A DNA stretch of 63,194 nt, counting the filler, from Chiloscyllium plagiosum (Eukaryota), in NCBI RefSeq assembly GCF_004010195.1. It is 5 parts of 5 records of this genome, joined end to end, with 100 filler letters (N's around TTAATTAATTAA, not from the genome) between each part and the next. Parts side by side here need not be neighbours in the genome. Positions count along the whole stretch, not along the records: positions 1 to 26,088 come from NW_025212331.1; 4 more parts are not named here. One strand, 5' to 3'. Positions 1 to 11,059 of this stretch are shown here, one piece after another. Positions within the stretch are counted from its first letter, which is position 1. Each line of letters opens with the position of its first letter. The position numbers and the translations under genes were made by a program. The notes under the pieces are model-generated. The model was not told the DNA's origin and ran no database searches. It worked only from the letters and a program-made list of their open reading frames with translations.

Positions 1-1085
1 AATTTGATTGAGTTTTTTGAAGACATGACCAAGATGATAGCTGAGAGTAGAGTGGTAGACATTGCCTATATGTACTTTAGCAAGACCTTTGACAAGGTAC
101 TGCATGGACAACTGGTTAGTAAGTTAGATCAAGTTGGATCCAGGGAGGGCAAGCTAACTGATACAAAATTGGCTTAATGGTTGGAGACAGAGAGTAGTTG
201 TTGTTCAGACTGGAAGCCTGTGACCAGCGGTGTGGCAAAAGGATTAGTTCTGGGTTCATCATTGTTCATCATTTATAGAAACAAATTGAATGAGAATATA
301 GGAGGCATGGTTTGTGAGTTTGCTGATGACACTAACATTGGTAGTTTCATGGACAATGAAGAAGGCTATTTGAGAGTACATTTACATTACACATTGAGAT
401 AATAGGGAGGTGTTACATTTTGGTACAAAAACCTGGCCAGGGCTAACACAGTTAATTGTGGGGCCATGGGGAGTGTTGTCAAACAGGGAGACCAAGGGGT
501 GGAGGCACATAGAGGATTGAAACTGGTGTCACATGGAGACAGGGTGGTGAAAAAAGCATTTGGTACAATTGCTTCTATTGGTCAGAGCATTACGTGTGGG
601 AGTTGTTAAGACTCTCCAAGGTATTGATCAGGCCACATTCCCAGTCACCCTGCTATTGGAAGAATGTCATTAAACTGGAAAGGGTTTAAAAAGGATGACA
701 AGGATGTCACCGAGACTGGAGAGTTTGAGTTATAAGGAGAGGCTGGTTAGGCCTGCGCTATTTTCCTTGGAAGGTCAGAGGCTGCTGGGTGACATTTTAA
801 AGGTTTATAAAATCGTAATGGGCATAGATAAAATGACTAGCTCAGATTTATTCCCCAGGTTAAGAGAGTCCAAAACTAAACAGCAGAGGTTTAAAGCAAG
901 AGGGGAAAGATTCAAAAGGGACCTGAGGTGCATCTCGTTTACATAGAGGGTGGTGCGTGCATTGAATGAGCTGCCAGAGGAAGTCGTAGAGGTGAGTATG
1001 ATAACAACATTTAAAAGACATTTGAACAGGTACATGGACAGGAACTGTATAGGGGGAAATTAGCTAAATGCAAGCAAATGGGACT
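1..1085 (+). mobile_element. Degraded CR1-type LINE, RT to 3' end
   Basis: Broken frames give CR1 RT motifs (WKPVTSGVAKGLVLG, FADDT, LSYKERL..LFSLE..RL.GD..VYKI); boundaries approximate. Confidence 0.85.
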
Positions 1086-1189
1086 ACGGGAAGAGATAAG
1101 GGGAATAATTCATGAAGGATGTGAATATTTTGCAGATTGGGTAAAAACAAAATTCCATGGAAGGATCAGGGATGAGGAAAGTCAGTTAT

Positions 1190-1620
1190 GAACAAATTTT
1201 GGAGACTTTTGGACTGTCTTCCTTGGAGAAGTGAAGGCTGAGTGGAAATTTGTTTGAGCAATTCAAAATCAGGATGTGTCTGGACAGAGTAAATAGGGAA
1301 AAAATGTTCCCACTCATGAAAGTATTCAGAAGGAGAGGGCACAGATTTAAAGTAATTAGTGAGAGAATCAAAAGTGAGATGAGGAAAAATAAATTCAGCC
1401 AGTGAGTGGTTAAGGTGTGGAATGCACTGCCTGAGAGTGTGGTGGATGCAGCTTCAATTGGAACATTCCGAAGGGAATGAGACTGTTATTTGAAAAGGAA
1501 CAATATGCAGGGTGACAGGGAGAAGGCAGGAGAATGACACTCAGTGAATTGCTCATTCAGAAAGCCAGTACAGACAGGATGAGTGGAATGGCCTCCTTGT
1601 GCACTGTAACAGTTCTGTGA
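1190..1620 (+). mobile_element. CR1 LINE 3' fragment
   Basis: CR1 C-terminal motifs (RVVKVWNALPE) and a typical 3' UTR. Confidence 0.7.
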
Positions 1621-1674
1621 TTGTGTGATTGAGCAGAGTTAAAGCTGGGGGAGGTGGGAGCTCGGTGTCTCACT

Positions 1675-1702
1675 GTGCTGCTGCTGCTGCTGCTGCTGCT
1701 GC
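1675..1702 (+). repeat. (CTG)n microsatellite
   Basis: About 9 tandem GCT/CTG units. Confidence 0.9.
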
Positions 1703-2049
1703 GGTCAGTGAGATCAGAGACTGGGACAGGGAGCCAGAGCTCACATCAAACTCTGCCCGTGTCCGTCACACTGAGACTGGCAGGAGGCTACTCACTGATT
1801 TCACTCCATGCTGCAGGAATGGGATCACAGGCTGCAAATGGACAGAGCTCCTCCACACGGTGAGTAAAACTGACTGACGTATATCATGCTGCTTATCCGG
1901 GCAAACGGAACTAAAGAAATACAGCTGGACACCCTGTTAGATACAATGCTCCTCAATCAACCATTTCATTCACTGCAGCTTCCCACTAACACCTTCAACA
2001 ATTCAGCATTTGATTTTAGGAAGTTCCAGTATTGAAAGGATTTACTTAC

Positions 2050-2380
2050 TCAGTCTGAGCTTGGTTCCTTTACCGAACGTAAGGGGAGCTGTAACTTTGC
2101 TGACAGTAATAATCAGCTACATCCTCATTCTGAACGTTGCTGATTGTCAGGGTGAAGTGTGTGCTGGACACTTCTGTCCCGGTGAATCTGTTGGAGACTC
2201 CTGTGAATCGTGTTGCTGCATCGTAGATCAGGAGAGAGGGTTTCTGTCCTTCTTGCTGCTGGAACCATTCAACATGACTACTGGCAATCTGACTGGATTT
2301 ACAGGTGATGGTTGCAGTCTGGCCCAGTCCCACTGACAGCACCGGGGGAGACTGGGTCATGATGATGTCCCCACTGATAC
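2050..2380 (-). pseudogene. Ig light chain (kappa / NS4-type) pre-joined VJ exon, out of frame at the V-J junction
   Basis: Acceptor ccctcag|GT, then [53 protein letters not shown]. One extra T (2081) precedes the J sequence [10 protein letters not shown] and donor A|GTAAGT. No RSS between V and J; the V frame hits TAA at 2070-2072. Confidence 0.93.
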
Positions 2381-2566
2381 CTGAGGGTTTAGAGAGAAAC
2401 ACAGTGAAGTCAGAACTGTCACAGAAAGAGCCTGTCAAATGAGAGATTGTTGGAGACACTGAGCATTCCTCTGGTTTCAGCATTTTCCCTTCAATCACAA
2501 GTCAGTGGAATTGAAGTGAAATGGAGAGCAGCTAAAGATTCAAGGTGGAAGGAGAGAGATTAGTAC

Positions 2567-2615
2567 CTGCGACACAGAATGCCAGGGGCCAGATCAGCTG
2601 GATGTGTGAAATCAT
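2567..2615 (-). CDS. Leader exon of the Ig kappa-type light-chain gene
   Basis: ATG..MISHIQLIWPLAFCVA G|GTACT; 49 nt, phase 1, splices in frame to the V exon at 2380. Confidence 0.92.
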
Positions 2616-2675
2616 GGTGTGTGCTCCTGTCCCTGTGCCTGGTTCCTGATAGACTCTCCCTTCACTGGGCTCTGC

Positions 2676-2729
2676 TTTATAAAGCTGCAGCCTGTGAGAG
2701 TCTGACTGGGTGTTCCTCAGTATGTAAAT
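2676..2729 (-). promoter_or_regulatory. Light-chain V promoter: TATA box and octamer-like element
   Basis: TATAAA (2681-2676) about 60 nt upstream of the ATG; ATTTACAT (2729-2722), one mismatch from the Ig light-chain octamer ATTTGCAT. Confidence 0.65.
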
Positions 2730-3069
2730 GACATCGGGCAGAGAGAGCCACGTCAGTCCCTCACACTTCCTCTTCTCTCTCTCTTTCTCTCTCTGTCTCA
2801 GACAATGATTGATGTGAACAGCACTGAATGAGGCCATTTGGCCCATTGTGTCTGTGCTGGTAAACAAAGATCTGATGACACTAATCACATCCTCCAGCTC
2901 TTGGCCCATTACCCTGGAGGCTACAGCAACACAAGGGAATATCTAAACACTGCTCCAATGTCACGAGAGTTTGTGAGTCAACCAGCCTTTCAGGTAGTGA
3001 GTTCCAGACTCCCACCAACCTCTGGGTGAAAACATTTCTTCTCAACTCTCCTCTCACTCGAGCTCACTC

Positions 3070-3480
3070 GAGCCTGGACTCACTCGAGCTCAGAAGGATG
3101 AGAGGGAATCTGATTGAAATGTATAAAATTCTAACAGGGCTGGACAGGGAGGAGGTTTCCCTTGGTTGGCGAGTCTGGAACCAGGGTTCACTCTCTCAGG
3201 GCGATACAGGGTAGACCATTTAGGGCTGAGATGAGGAAACATTTCTTCACTCAGAGGGTGGTCAACCTGTTGAATTATCTACCACAGAAGGCTGTGAAGG
3301 ACAAGGAACTGAATATATTCAAGAAAAAGAGAGAGATAATTGTTTGCATTTTAACAGCATGAAGGGAATAGGGAGAAAGCAGGAATATGGCTTTGAGAGA
3401 GAGGATCAGCCATGATCATACTGAATGACAGAGCAGGCTCAAAGGGCCGAATGGCCAACTCCTGCAGCAGTTTCTATGTG
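3070..3480 (+). mobile_element. CR1 LINE 3' fragment
   Basis: SLELRRMRGNLIEMYKIL and MRKHFFTQRVVNL motifs. Confidence 0.8.
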
Positions 3481-5869
3481 TCCATGTCTGTGTTACCTTC
3501 AGTCTCTGTTCCTGGTTTTTGAGTCCTTTACTCATGTAAAAAGTGTCTTCCTACCCACACTATCACTGCCCCAAATAATCTTATACCCCTCTATCAGGTT
3601 CCCTCTCGGCCTTCAATGCTGCAAGGAAAACAATCCCAACCTTTCCAATCTTTCCTCATAGCTGACCCTCCATCGCAGGCAGCATTCTGGGAAATCTCCC
3701 CTGTACCCTCTCAAGTACAATCACATCCTCCCCAGAATGTGGTGACCAGAGACCTGTCCCTCTCTCTCTGTCTCACATCTGCNNNNNNNNNNNNNNNNNN
3801 NNNNNNNNNNNNNNNNNNNNNNNNNNNNNNNNNNNNNNNNNNNNNNNNNNNNNNNNNNNNNNNNNNNNNNNNNNNNNNNNNNNNNNNNNNNNNNNNNNNN
3901 NNNNNNNNNNNNNNNNNNNNNNNNNNNNNNNNNNNNNNNNNNNNNNNNNNNNNNNNNNNNNNNNNNNNNNNNNNNNNNNNNNNNNNNNNNNNNNNNNNNN
4001 NNNNNNNNNNNNNNNNNNNNNNNNNNNNNNNNNNNNNNNNNNNNNNNNNNNNNNNNNNNNNNNNNNNNNNNNNNNNNNNNNNNNNNNNNNNNNNNNNNNN
4101 NNNNNNNNNNNNNNNNNNNNNNNNNNNNNNNNNNNNNNNNNNNNNNNNNNNNNNNNNNNNNNNNNNNNNNNNNNNNNNNNNNNNNNNNNNNNNNNNNNNN
4201 NNNNNNNNNNNNNNNNNNNNNNNNNNNNNNNNNNNNNNNNNNNNNNNNNNNNNNNNNNNNNNNNNNNNNNNNNNNNNNNNNNNNNNNNNNNNNNNNNNNN
4301 NNNNNNNNNNNNNNNNNNNNNNNNNNNNNNNNNNNNNNNNNNNNNNNNNNNNNNNNNNNNNNNNNNNNNNNNNNNNNNNNNNNNNNNNNNNNNNNNNNNN
4401 NNNNNNNNNNNNNNNNNNNNNNNNNNNNNNNNNNNNNNNNNNNNNNNNNNNNNNNNNNNNNNNNNNNNNNNNNNNNNNNNNNNNNNNNNNNNNNNNNNNN
4501 NNNNNNNNNNNNNNNNNNNNNNNNNNNNNNNNNNNNNNNNNNNNNNNNNNNNNNNNNNNNNNNTGTTATCTTTCCCTCTATATTCCTCCCTCTGTCTCTC
4601 TCCCTCCCTCTCTGCATCCCAACTACAGTCTCTCTCCCTCCCTCTCTGTCATTCTGTATCTACCCATACTCATGTCCCTCTTTCTCTCTCTCTCTCTCAC
4701 ACACTCAACCCTACCCTCTCTGTCAATTCTCTTCATGCTTGGTCTCACACCCATCCTGTCTCTTTGTCCTCTCCTTGTCTCTTTCTCTCTCTCCATCCCT
4801 CTCAATCACACTGACTCACATCTCTCTCTGTATCCCTGAGCCTCACCATTTCTACCTCCCTTTATCCTCTATCTCCCTCTTGGTCCTCTCACATATCCCA
4901 CACTGTCTNNNNNNNNNNNNNNNNNNNNNNNNNNNNNNNNNNNNNNNNNNNNNNNNNNNNNNNNNNNNNNNNNNNNNNNNNNNNNNNNNNNNNNNNNNNN
5001 NNNNNNNNNNNNNNNNNNNNNNNNNNNNNNNNNNNNNNNNNNNNNNNNNNNNNNNNTGTCTCGCTTCTCTCTCTTTCTCACAGTATCCCAGGTGGTGACA
5101 GTTGAATGCAGGATAGATCTCCCTCTGCTCTGCCCCACAAATGGATGTTAACCCTTGACCCCAGAAGCATGTGTTCTCCTGGAGTAAAGGCCCATTTCCA
5201 CATTGACCTGGGTTTGGCCTCTGTCAGGAAGACGGACATATTCTTGTCAAACAAAGGACAGTTCTGTGCTGTTGGCCTATTCTCACTGGGGACTGGTTTG
5301 TTCATAAACCTCATTCCATGAAGGCCCAGCAGAGAGAGGAGATCCTCAGGCCATCAGTGTGAGCTGGGACCCATCCTGTCCATTCACAACATGTTCCAAT
5401 CCCTTCCCCTCTCCTTCCCCTTCCATGGTCAGGCTTTTCTGAAATGGAGTGCTCCCTTCCCTGTCTCACACCAAGGAGGAGATGGACAGATTTTTAATGA
5501 ATAACGGGTTAGAGGATGATAGAGAGTGGGCAGGAAAGTGGAGTTGTGTCTGAGATGGGATCGTCATGATTGTATTAAATGGTGGAGCGGGCTCGAGGGG
5601 CTGAATTGCCTGCTCCTGCTCCTAGTTCTTATGTTCATCCACCCCCTCCCCCATTCCTCTTACTGCAACTTTATGCACATTCTTGGAATGTTTGGACGTG
5701 AATTCAAGATTTGCATTGAATTAATGTGGGGACAGAATTGTGCAGGGGCTGTGATAACTCCTGCAGCTGAATATCCTGCTGACAGGCTTCAGCCTTCCAC
5801 ATACAGAATGGGGAAGTGGGGGAGGACAGAATGTACTGTAGGGTCCATGGAACTGTCCCCTAGCAATGT

Positions 5870-7520
5870 GGTTGACCCTTAACTGCCCTCTGAAATGGCT
5901 GAGCCAGGCTCTCAGTTGTATCAATCATGATGTCTCAACAAAGAATTAAAACCGGACGGATCACAGGCATCGATCTCGTCACCGAAAAGGCAAAGACATA
6001 AACAGCCCTGTCTACCCTGCTCCATCCTCCTTACTGACTCTGGGGGCTAGTGCCAAATTCAGGAGAGCTGTCTTACAGACTGGTCAAGCAACAGCCTGAC
6101 ACAGTCATACTCACAGAATCATACCGTACAGACAATGTCCCAGACACCACCATCACTGTCCCTGCATGTGTCCTGTCCCACCAGAAAGGCAGACCCAGCA
6201 GAGCTGATGACACAGTGCTCTACAGTCAGGAGGGAGTTACCTTGGGAAGCCTCTAGACTCTGTAAAGACTCATGACACCAGGTTAAACATGGGCGAGGAA
6301 ACCTTCTGGTGATTACAAGATATCTTGCTCCCTCGGCTGATGAATCAGTCTCCCCTCCATGTTGAACAGCACTTGGAGGAAACACTGAGGGTGGTGACAG
6401 CACAGAGTGTACTCTGGGTGTGGGATTTCAATGTCCACCACTGAGAGTGGCTCGGCAGCAGCATTTCTGATCGAGCTGGTTGGTTCCTAATGGACGTAGC
6501 TGAGGGACTGGCTCTGCAGCTGGTGGTGAAGGAACCAAAAAGATGGAAAAACGTACTTGACCCCATCCTCACCAATCTTGTGGCTGTAGATGCATCTGTC
6601 CTTGACAGTATTGGTAAGAGTGACCATCACACAGTCCTTGTAGAAACAAAGTTTGACCTTCACATTGAGAATTCCCTCCATAGTGTTGTGTGGTACTATC
6701 ACCATGCTAAATAGGACAGACTCCAAACAGGTATTGCAACATAAGACAAGCTCATAAATGGGGATGATTGCCAAAGATTGCACAATGTTCAGCACCATTC
6801 TCAACTCCTCAGGTACTGAAGCAGTCCATGTTCAAATGCAACAATATCTGGACAATATCCAGGTTTCATCTCAGAAGCAGTATTTCCCATCGGTGTCATG
6901 CAAATGCCAGCCAATGACCATCACCAATAAGAGACAATCTAACCATCGCCCCTTGACAGTCAATACTATTGCCATCACTGAATCCCCACTATCAACATTC
7001 TTGAGGTACCATTGACCAGAAACTCAACTGGACTCACCACAAAAACACCGTCGTTACAAGAGCAGGTTAGAAGCTAGAAATACTGAATCGAATAAATCAC
7101 CTCCTGATTCCCCCAAAGCCCATCGACCAAGTTAGGAGTGTGATTGAGTACTCCTCACTTACCTGGATGGATGCAGCTCCAACAACATTCATAGATTGAT
7201 CGTGTCACAGAGTCATACAGCGTAGAAACAAACCCTTAAGTCAAACTTCTACATGCTGACCAGGTTTTCTGAAGTGAACTAGTCTCATTTGCCTGCATTT
7301 GGGCCATATCCCTCTAATCCATTCCTGTCTATGTCTATCATATCCTCTCTCTTTCTTATCCACTCAAAAAGCTTGATACCATCCAAAACAAAACAAGCTC
7401 CTTGATTGGCATCATATTCTCAAAACATCCACTCCCACCAATGCTCCATAGCAGCAGCGTGTATTATTGATAAGATGCACTGCAGAAACTCTCCAAAGAT
7501 CCTCAGATAGTACCTTCCAA
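5870..7520 (+). mobile_element. Degraded CR1-like LINE (APE endonuclease region and 3' part)
   Basis: PDTVILTESY, VGDFNVHH, LDPILTN, IGKSDHHTVLVE endonuclease motifs in broken frames. Confidence 0.7.
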
Positions 7521-9560
7521 ACCCATACGGGAAAATAGAAATTGCACGAAAAGCTCAGCAGATCTGGCAGCATCTGTGGAGAGAAATCAGAGTTAACATT
7601 ACGGGTTGAGCACGAAGCATCATGTGACCCAGAAAGTCAACTCAGATGTCTCTTCACAGATGCTGCCAGACCTGCTGAGCTTTTCCGGCAATTTCCATTT
7701 TTGTCTTGGATTTACAGCATCTGAAGTTCTTTTGGTTTCCTTCCAAACCCACGTCCACTTCCATTTAGAACAAGAGCAGCAGATGCATGGGAACTCTGTG
7801 AGCTGCAAGTTTCCCTCAGAAAGGCTTAGCATCCTGACTTGGAAATAGGTCGCTGTTCTCTCAGTCTTGCTGGGTTAAAATACTGGCATTCCCTCCCCAA
7901 GAGCATTGTGGGTCAACTACAGCTTGTGGACTATAGCAATTCCAGACGGCAGCTTCGCACCACCCTCTCAAGGTAACTAGGAACAGGGTAAAGAATGCTG
8001 GCCCAGCCGGTGAAGCCCACTTCCCACAAGTGAATATGCAAAACCAAATGAAGTGTCCCTCAGGAGGGGAGAGGGAAATTTAAGGGTCCTGAGCTTCATT
8101 TCCCAGCCCAGGCAGTTTGACTCCCAATGAATGAATGAGATACCAATTTGGAGCCCAGGTTAGGGGCAGTCTTGTGCTATAGACCCAGGTCTGCAAGAGG
8201 GAATCAGAGGTCCAGCTAAAAAAGAAAGATGAGGAGAGAGAGGAACAGGGTGACTATTTGGGTCACTCACAGCCATGATGGACTGAATGGCCATCCCCCT
8301 GTGCTGTCAGATTCCAGGCAGTGCAGACAGTTCACAGCTTTCTCCAGTCTCAGTAACAAACGTCCAGCTGCTCCGAGCTCCTTCTTTCACTTCCTCTCTT
8401 GATGAAGTTTCAACCTTGCGATCTGACAGTCTTTGCAGTTATTTTTTACATTGGGGCTTTATGCTGTGGTCAGAATCTCTAATAATAAGTGTCCAATCAG
8501 TGACAATCCCAGCAGCTAACAGCAGTCAGGACTGAGAAGCCAGGCTCACTGGGAAACACATTGGGAAGATCAAAGCCATCATCTTCAGCTCCTGGTTCAA
8601 ACTCCATCTCTCTCCCTGAGCACTGTCTGCTGCTCAACCAGACTCTTTACAAACTGGGCCTCATCTTTGAGGTTGATCTGAGCCCGCATCCTCCACATCA
8701 CAAAGATCAACCATTGAAAATCTCAGCTTCATCATGGGGACGACAAACATGGCCATTCCAATGTTATCCTGGCCCACATCACAGCCACCGCCTTCCGTAA
8801 ACTTCGGCTCATTCCAAACCGTGCTACCGATATCCAAACTCGCACCAAGTCCCATTCCCCCATTCCTTCCCACTGTCCTCACGGACTAACATTGGCTCCC
8901 AGTCCTGTAACACCTCGATTTTCATATTCACATCCTTGTTCTCAAGCTGCTCTCTGCCCTTCCACCCTCCCCATCTTTGTAAGCTCCTCCAAGCTGCCTC
9001 ACTGCCAGTGTGGTTAGCAATCTTGGATATGTGGTTCTCTATTTCTTCATCTAAGTCATTGAGAAATATCGTGAAAAGCTGAGCTCCTACCACAGGTCCC
9101 TGGGACACCACTACTCACATCTTGCTCATTGGAGGACACACACATTCTCCCTCCTCTCTGTGTCTAGCTCCAGGCCCATTCCTGACCAAAGGTAAATGCA
9201 TTTCTCAAATTCCATCTGATTCCATGTCTCTTATGTGGAACATTCTTAAATGTCTTCTGGAATTCCCTATAGACAATATCTATCGACATTCCCCTATATC
9301 CCACATTAGGGAGCTCCTAACAAAGTGTAACCAGGTTAGTTAAAGATGTCTGAACCTTTGTCAATCCATGCTGACTCTCTCGGACCAGTTCATATTTTTC
9401 CATTATTCTGTCTCTAAAAACACACTCAATCACTTCCTGACAACAAACATTCAACAGAGATGTTCATTGTGCATGAAGTTAGTAAACAGCGAGCACTGAC
9501 ACGAGGAGCCTCTTGCTGTGCAGGAGCCTTTCCTGTTTCCTTACAGATTAAAAACTGAAG

Positions 9561-9906
9561 ACCGGCGACTGACTGTGTGGAGTTTGCACGTTCTCCCCGT
9601 GTCTGCGTGCGTTTCCTCCGGGTGCTCCGGTTTCCTCCCACAGTCCAAAGATGTGCAGGTTAGGTGAATTGGCCATGCTAAATTGCCCGTAGTGTTAGGT
9701 AAGGGGTAAATGTATGGGTATGGGTGGGTTGCGCTTCGGCGGGTCGGTGTGGACTTGTTGGGCCGAAGGGCCTGTTTCCACACTGTAAGTAATTTTTTTT
9801 AGATTACATTAGATTAGATTAGATTTTAGATTAGATTACATTACATTACAGTGTGGAAACAGGCCCTTCGGCCCAACAAGTCCACACCGACCCGCCGAAG
9901 CGCAAC
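9561..9906. mobile_element. Two HE1-type shark SINEs, tail to tail (second runs into a gap)
   Basis: SINE body on + to about 9790, a (TTAGA)n/(TTACA)n tract, then the reverse complement of the same 3' end. Confidence 0.85.
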
Positions 9907-10539
9907 NNNNNNNNNNNNNNNNNNNNNNNNNNNNNNNNNNNNNNNNNNNNNNNNNNNNNNNNNNNNNNNNNNNNNNNNNNNNNNNNNNNNNNNNNNNNNN
10001 NNNNNNNNNNNNNNNNNNNNNNNNNNNNNNNNNNNNNNNNNNNNNNNNNNNNNNNNNNNNNNNNNNNNNNNNGGGACAGGAGGGTGTGACTATAAGTGAG
10101 CAGGTCAATGCAGCCTGGATTTAGCATTGTAGGAGCCTCAGCTCCTTGTCCAACAGGAATGAGGTACTTGCTTCTGTGTCAACGAGGCAAAGGATTGTAG
10201 GGAGAATGGGCAAACGTGGCGTGAGCATTTTGGCGAAAGTGACCAGAACTCTGTAAGCATCAAAGTCATTAAGTGAAAAGATGAAGGTCGAGCAGAAATT
10301 AAGTGTCTAAACGGGGGGAAGGCCAATTCCAGCATCATTAGATAGGCACACACAGGGGGAGGCAATGGCCTCGTGTTATTATCGCTGGATTATTAATCCA
10401 GAAACTCAGCTATTGTTCTGGCGACCTGGGTTCAAATCCTGCCATGGCTGACATGGGACATGGGGATTTGAATTCAAGAACGATGCTGTCAGTCTTACCT
10501 GGCCTGACCCACGTGTGACTCCAGACCCACTGTAATGAG

Positions 10540-10885
10540 AGGCATGGTGGCTGAGTGCTTTGCACTGCTGCCTCACAGTGCCAGGGTCCCAAGTTTGATT
10601 CTACCCTTGGGCAACTGTCTGTGTGGATTTTGCATGTTCACCCCCATGTCTATGTGGGTTTCTGTCAGGTGCCCTGGCTTCCTCCCACAGTTCTAAGATG
10701 TGCAAGCCAGGTGGATTGGCAATACAAAATTACCCATAGTGCTCAGGAATGTGCAGGTAAGGTGCATTAACCATGGAAGATGTAGGGCTAGGGGGATAGG
10801 TCTGGGTGGGATACTCTTCAGAATGTTGGTGTGGGTTCATTGGGCTGATTGACCTGTTTTACACTGTTTTACACTGTATGGATTC
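10540..10885 (+). mobile_element. Diverged HE1-type tRNA-derived SINE
   Basis: Degenerate match to the copy at 14470-14785. Confidence 0.75.
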
Positions 10886-11059
10886 TATGATTCCATGTGG
10901 TTGTCTGATAACTGCCCTATGGGCAGGAAATGCTGGCTTGGTCAGAGCTGCCCATATCCAATGAATGAATGAAAGAAGACCACTGCACCGAGGGCCAGGA
11001 GGCCAGTCAGGCAGAGGAGCACAAAGAGGAGGATTTGACAATGAATGGGACTGATAGCA

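Noticed and set aside
1654-1863. ORF resembling a signal peptide (MGARCLTVLLLLLLLL)
   Set aside because: It has a GTG start, the poly-Leu comes from a (CTG)n microsatellite, and no downstream domain is recognisable.
1-2049. Constant exon for the kappa-type gene
   Set aside because: No C1-domain motifs found; the region is mostly CR1 debris, so C is presumably beyond the contig end.
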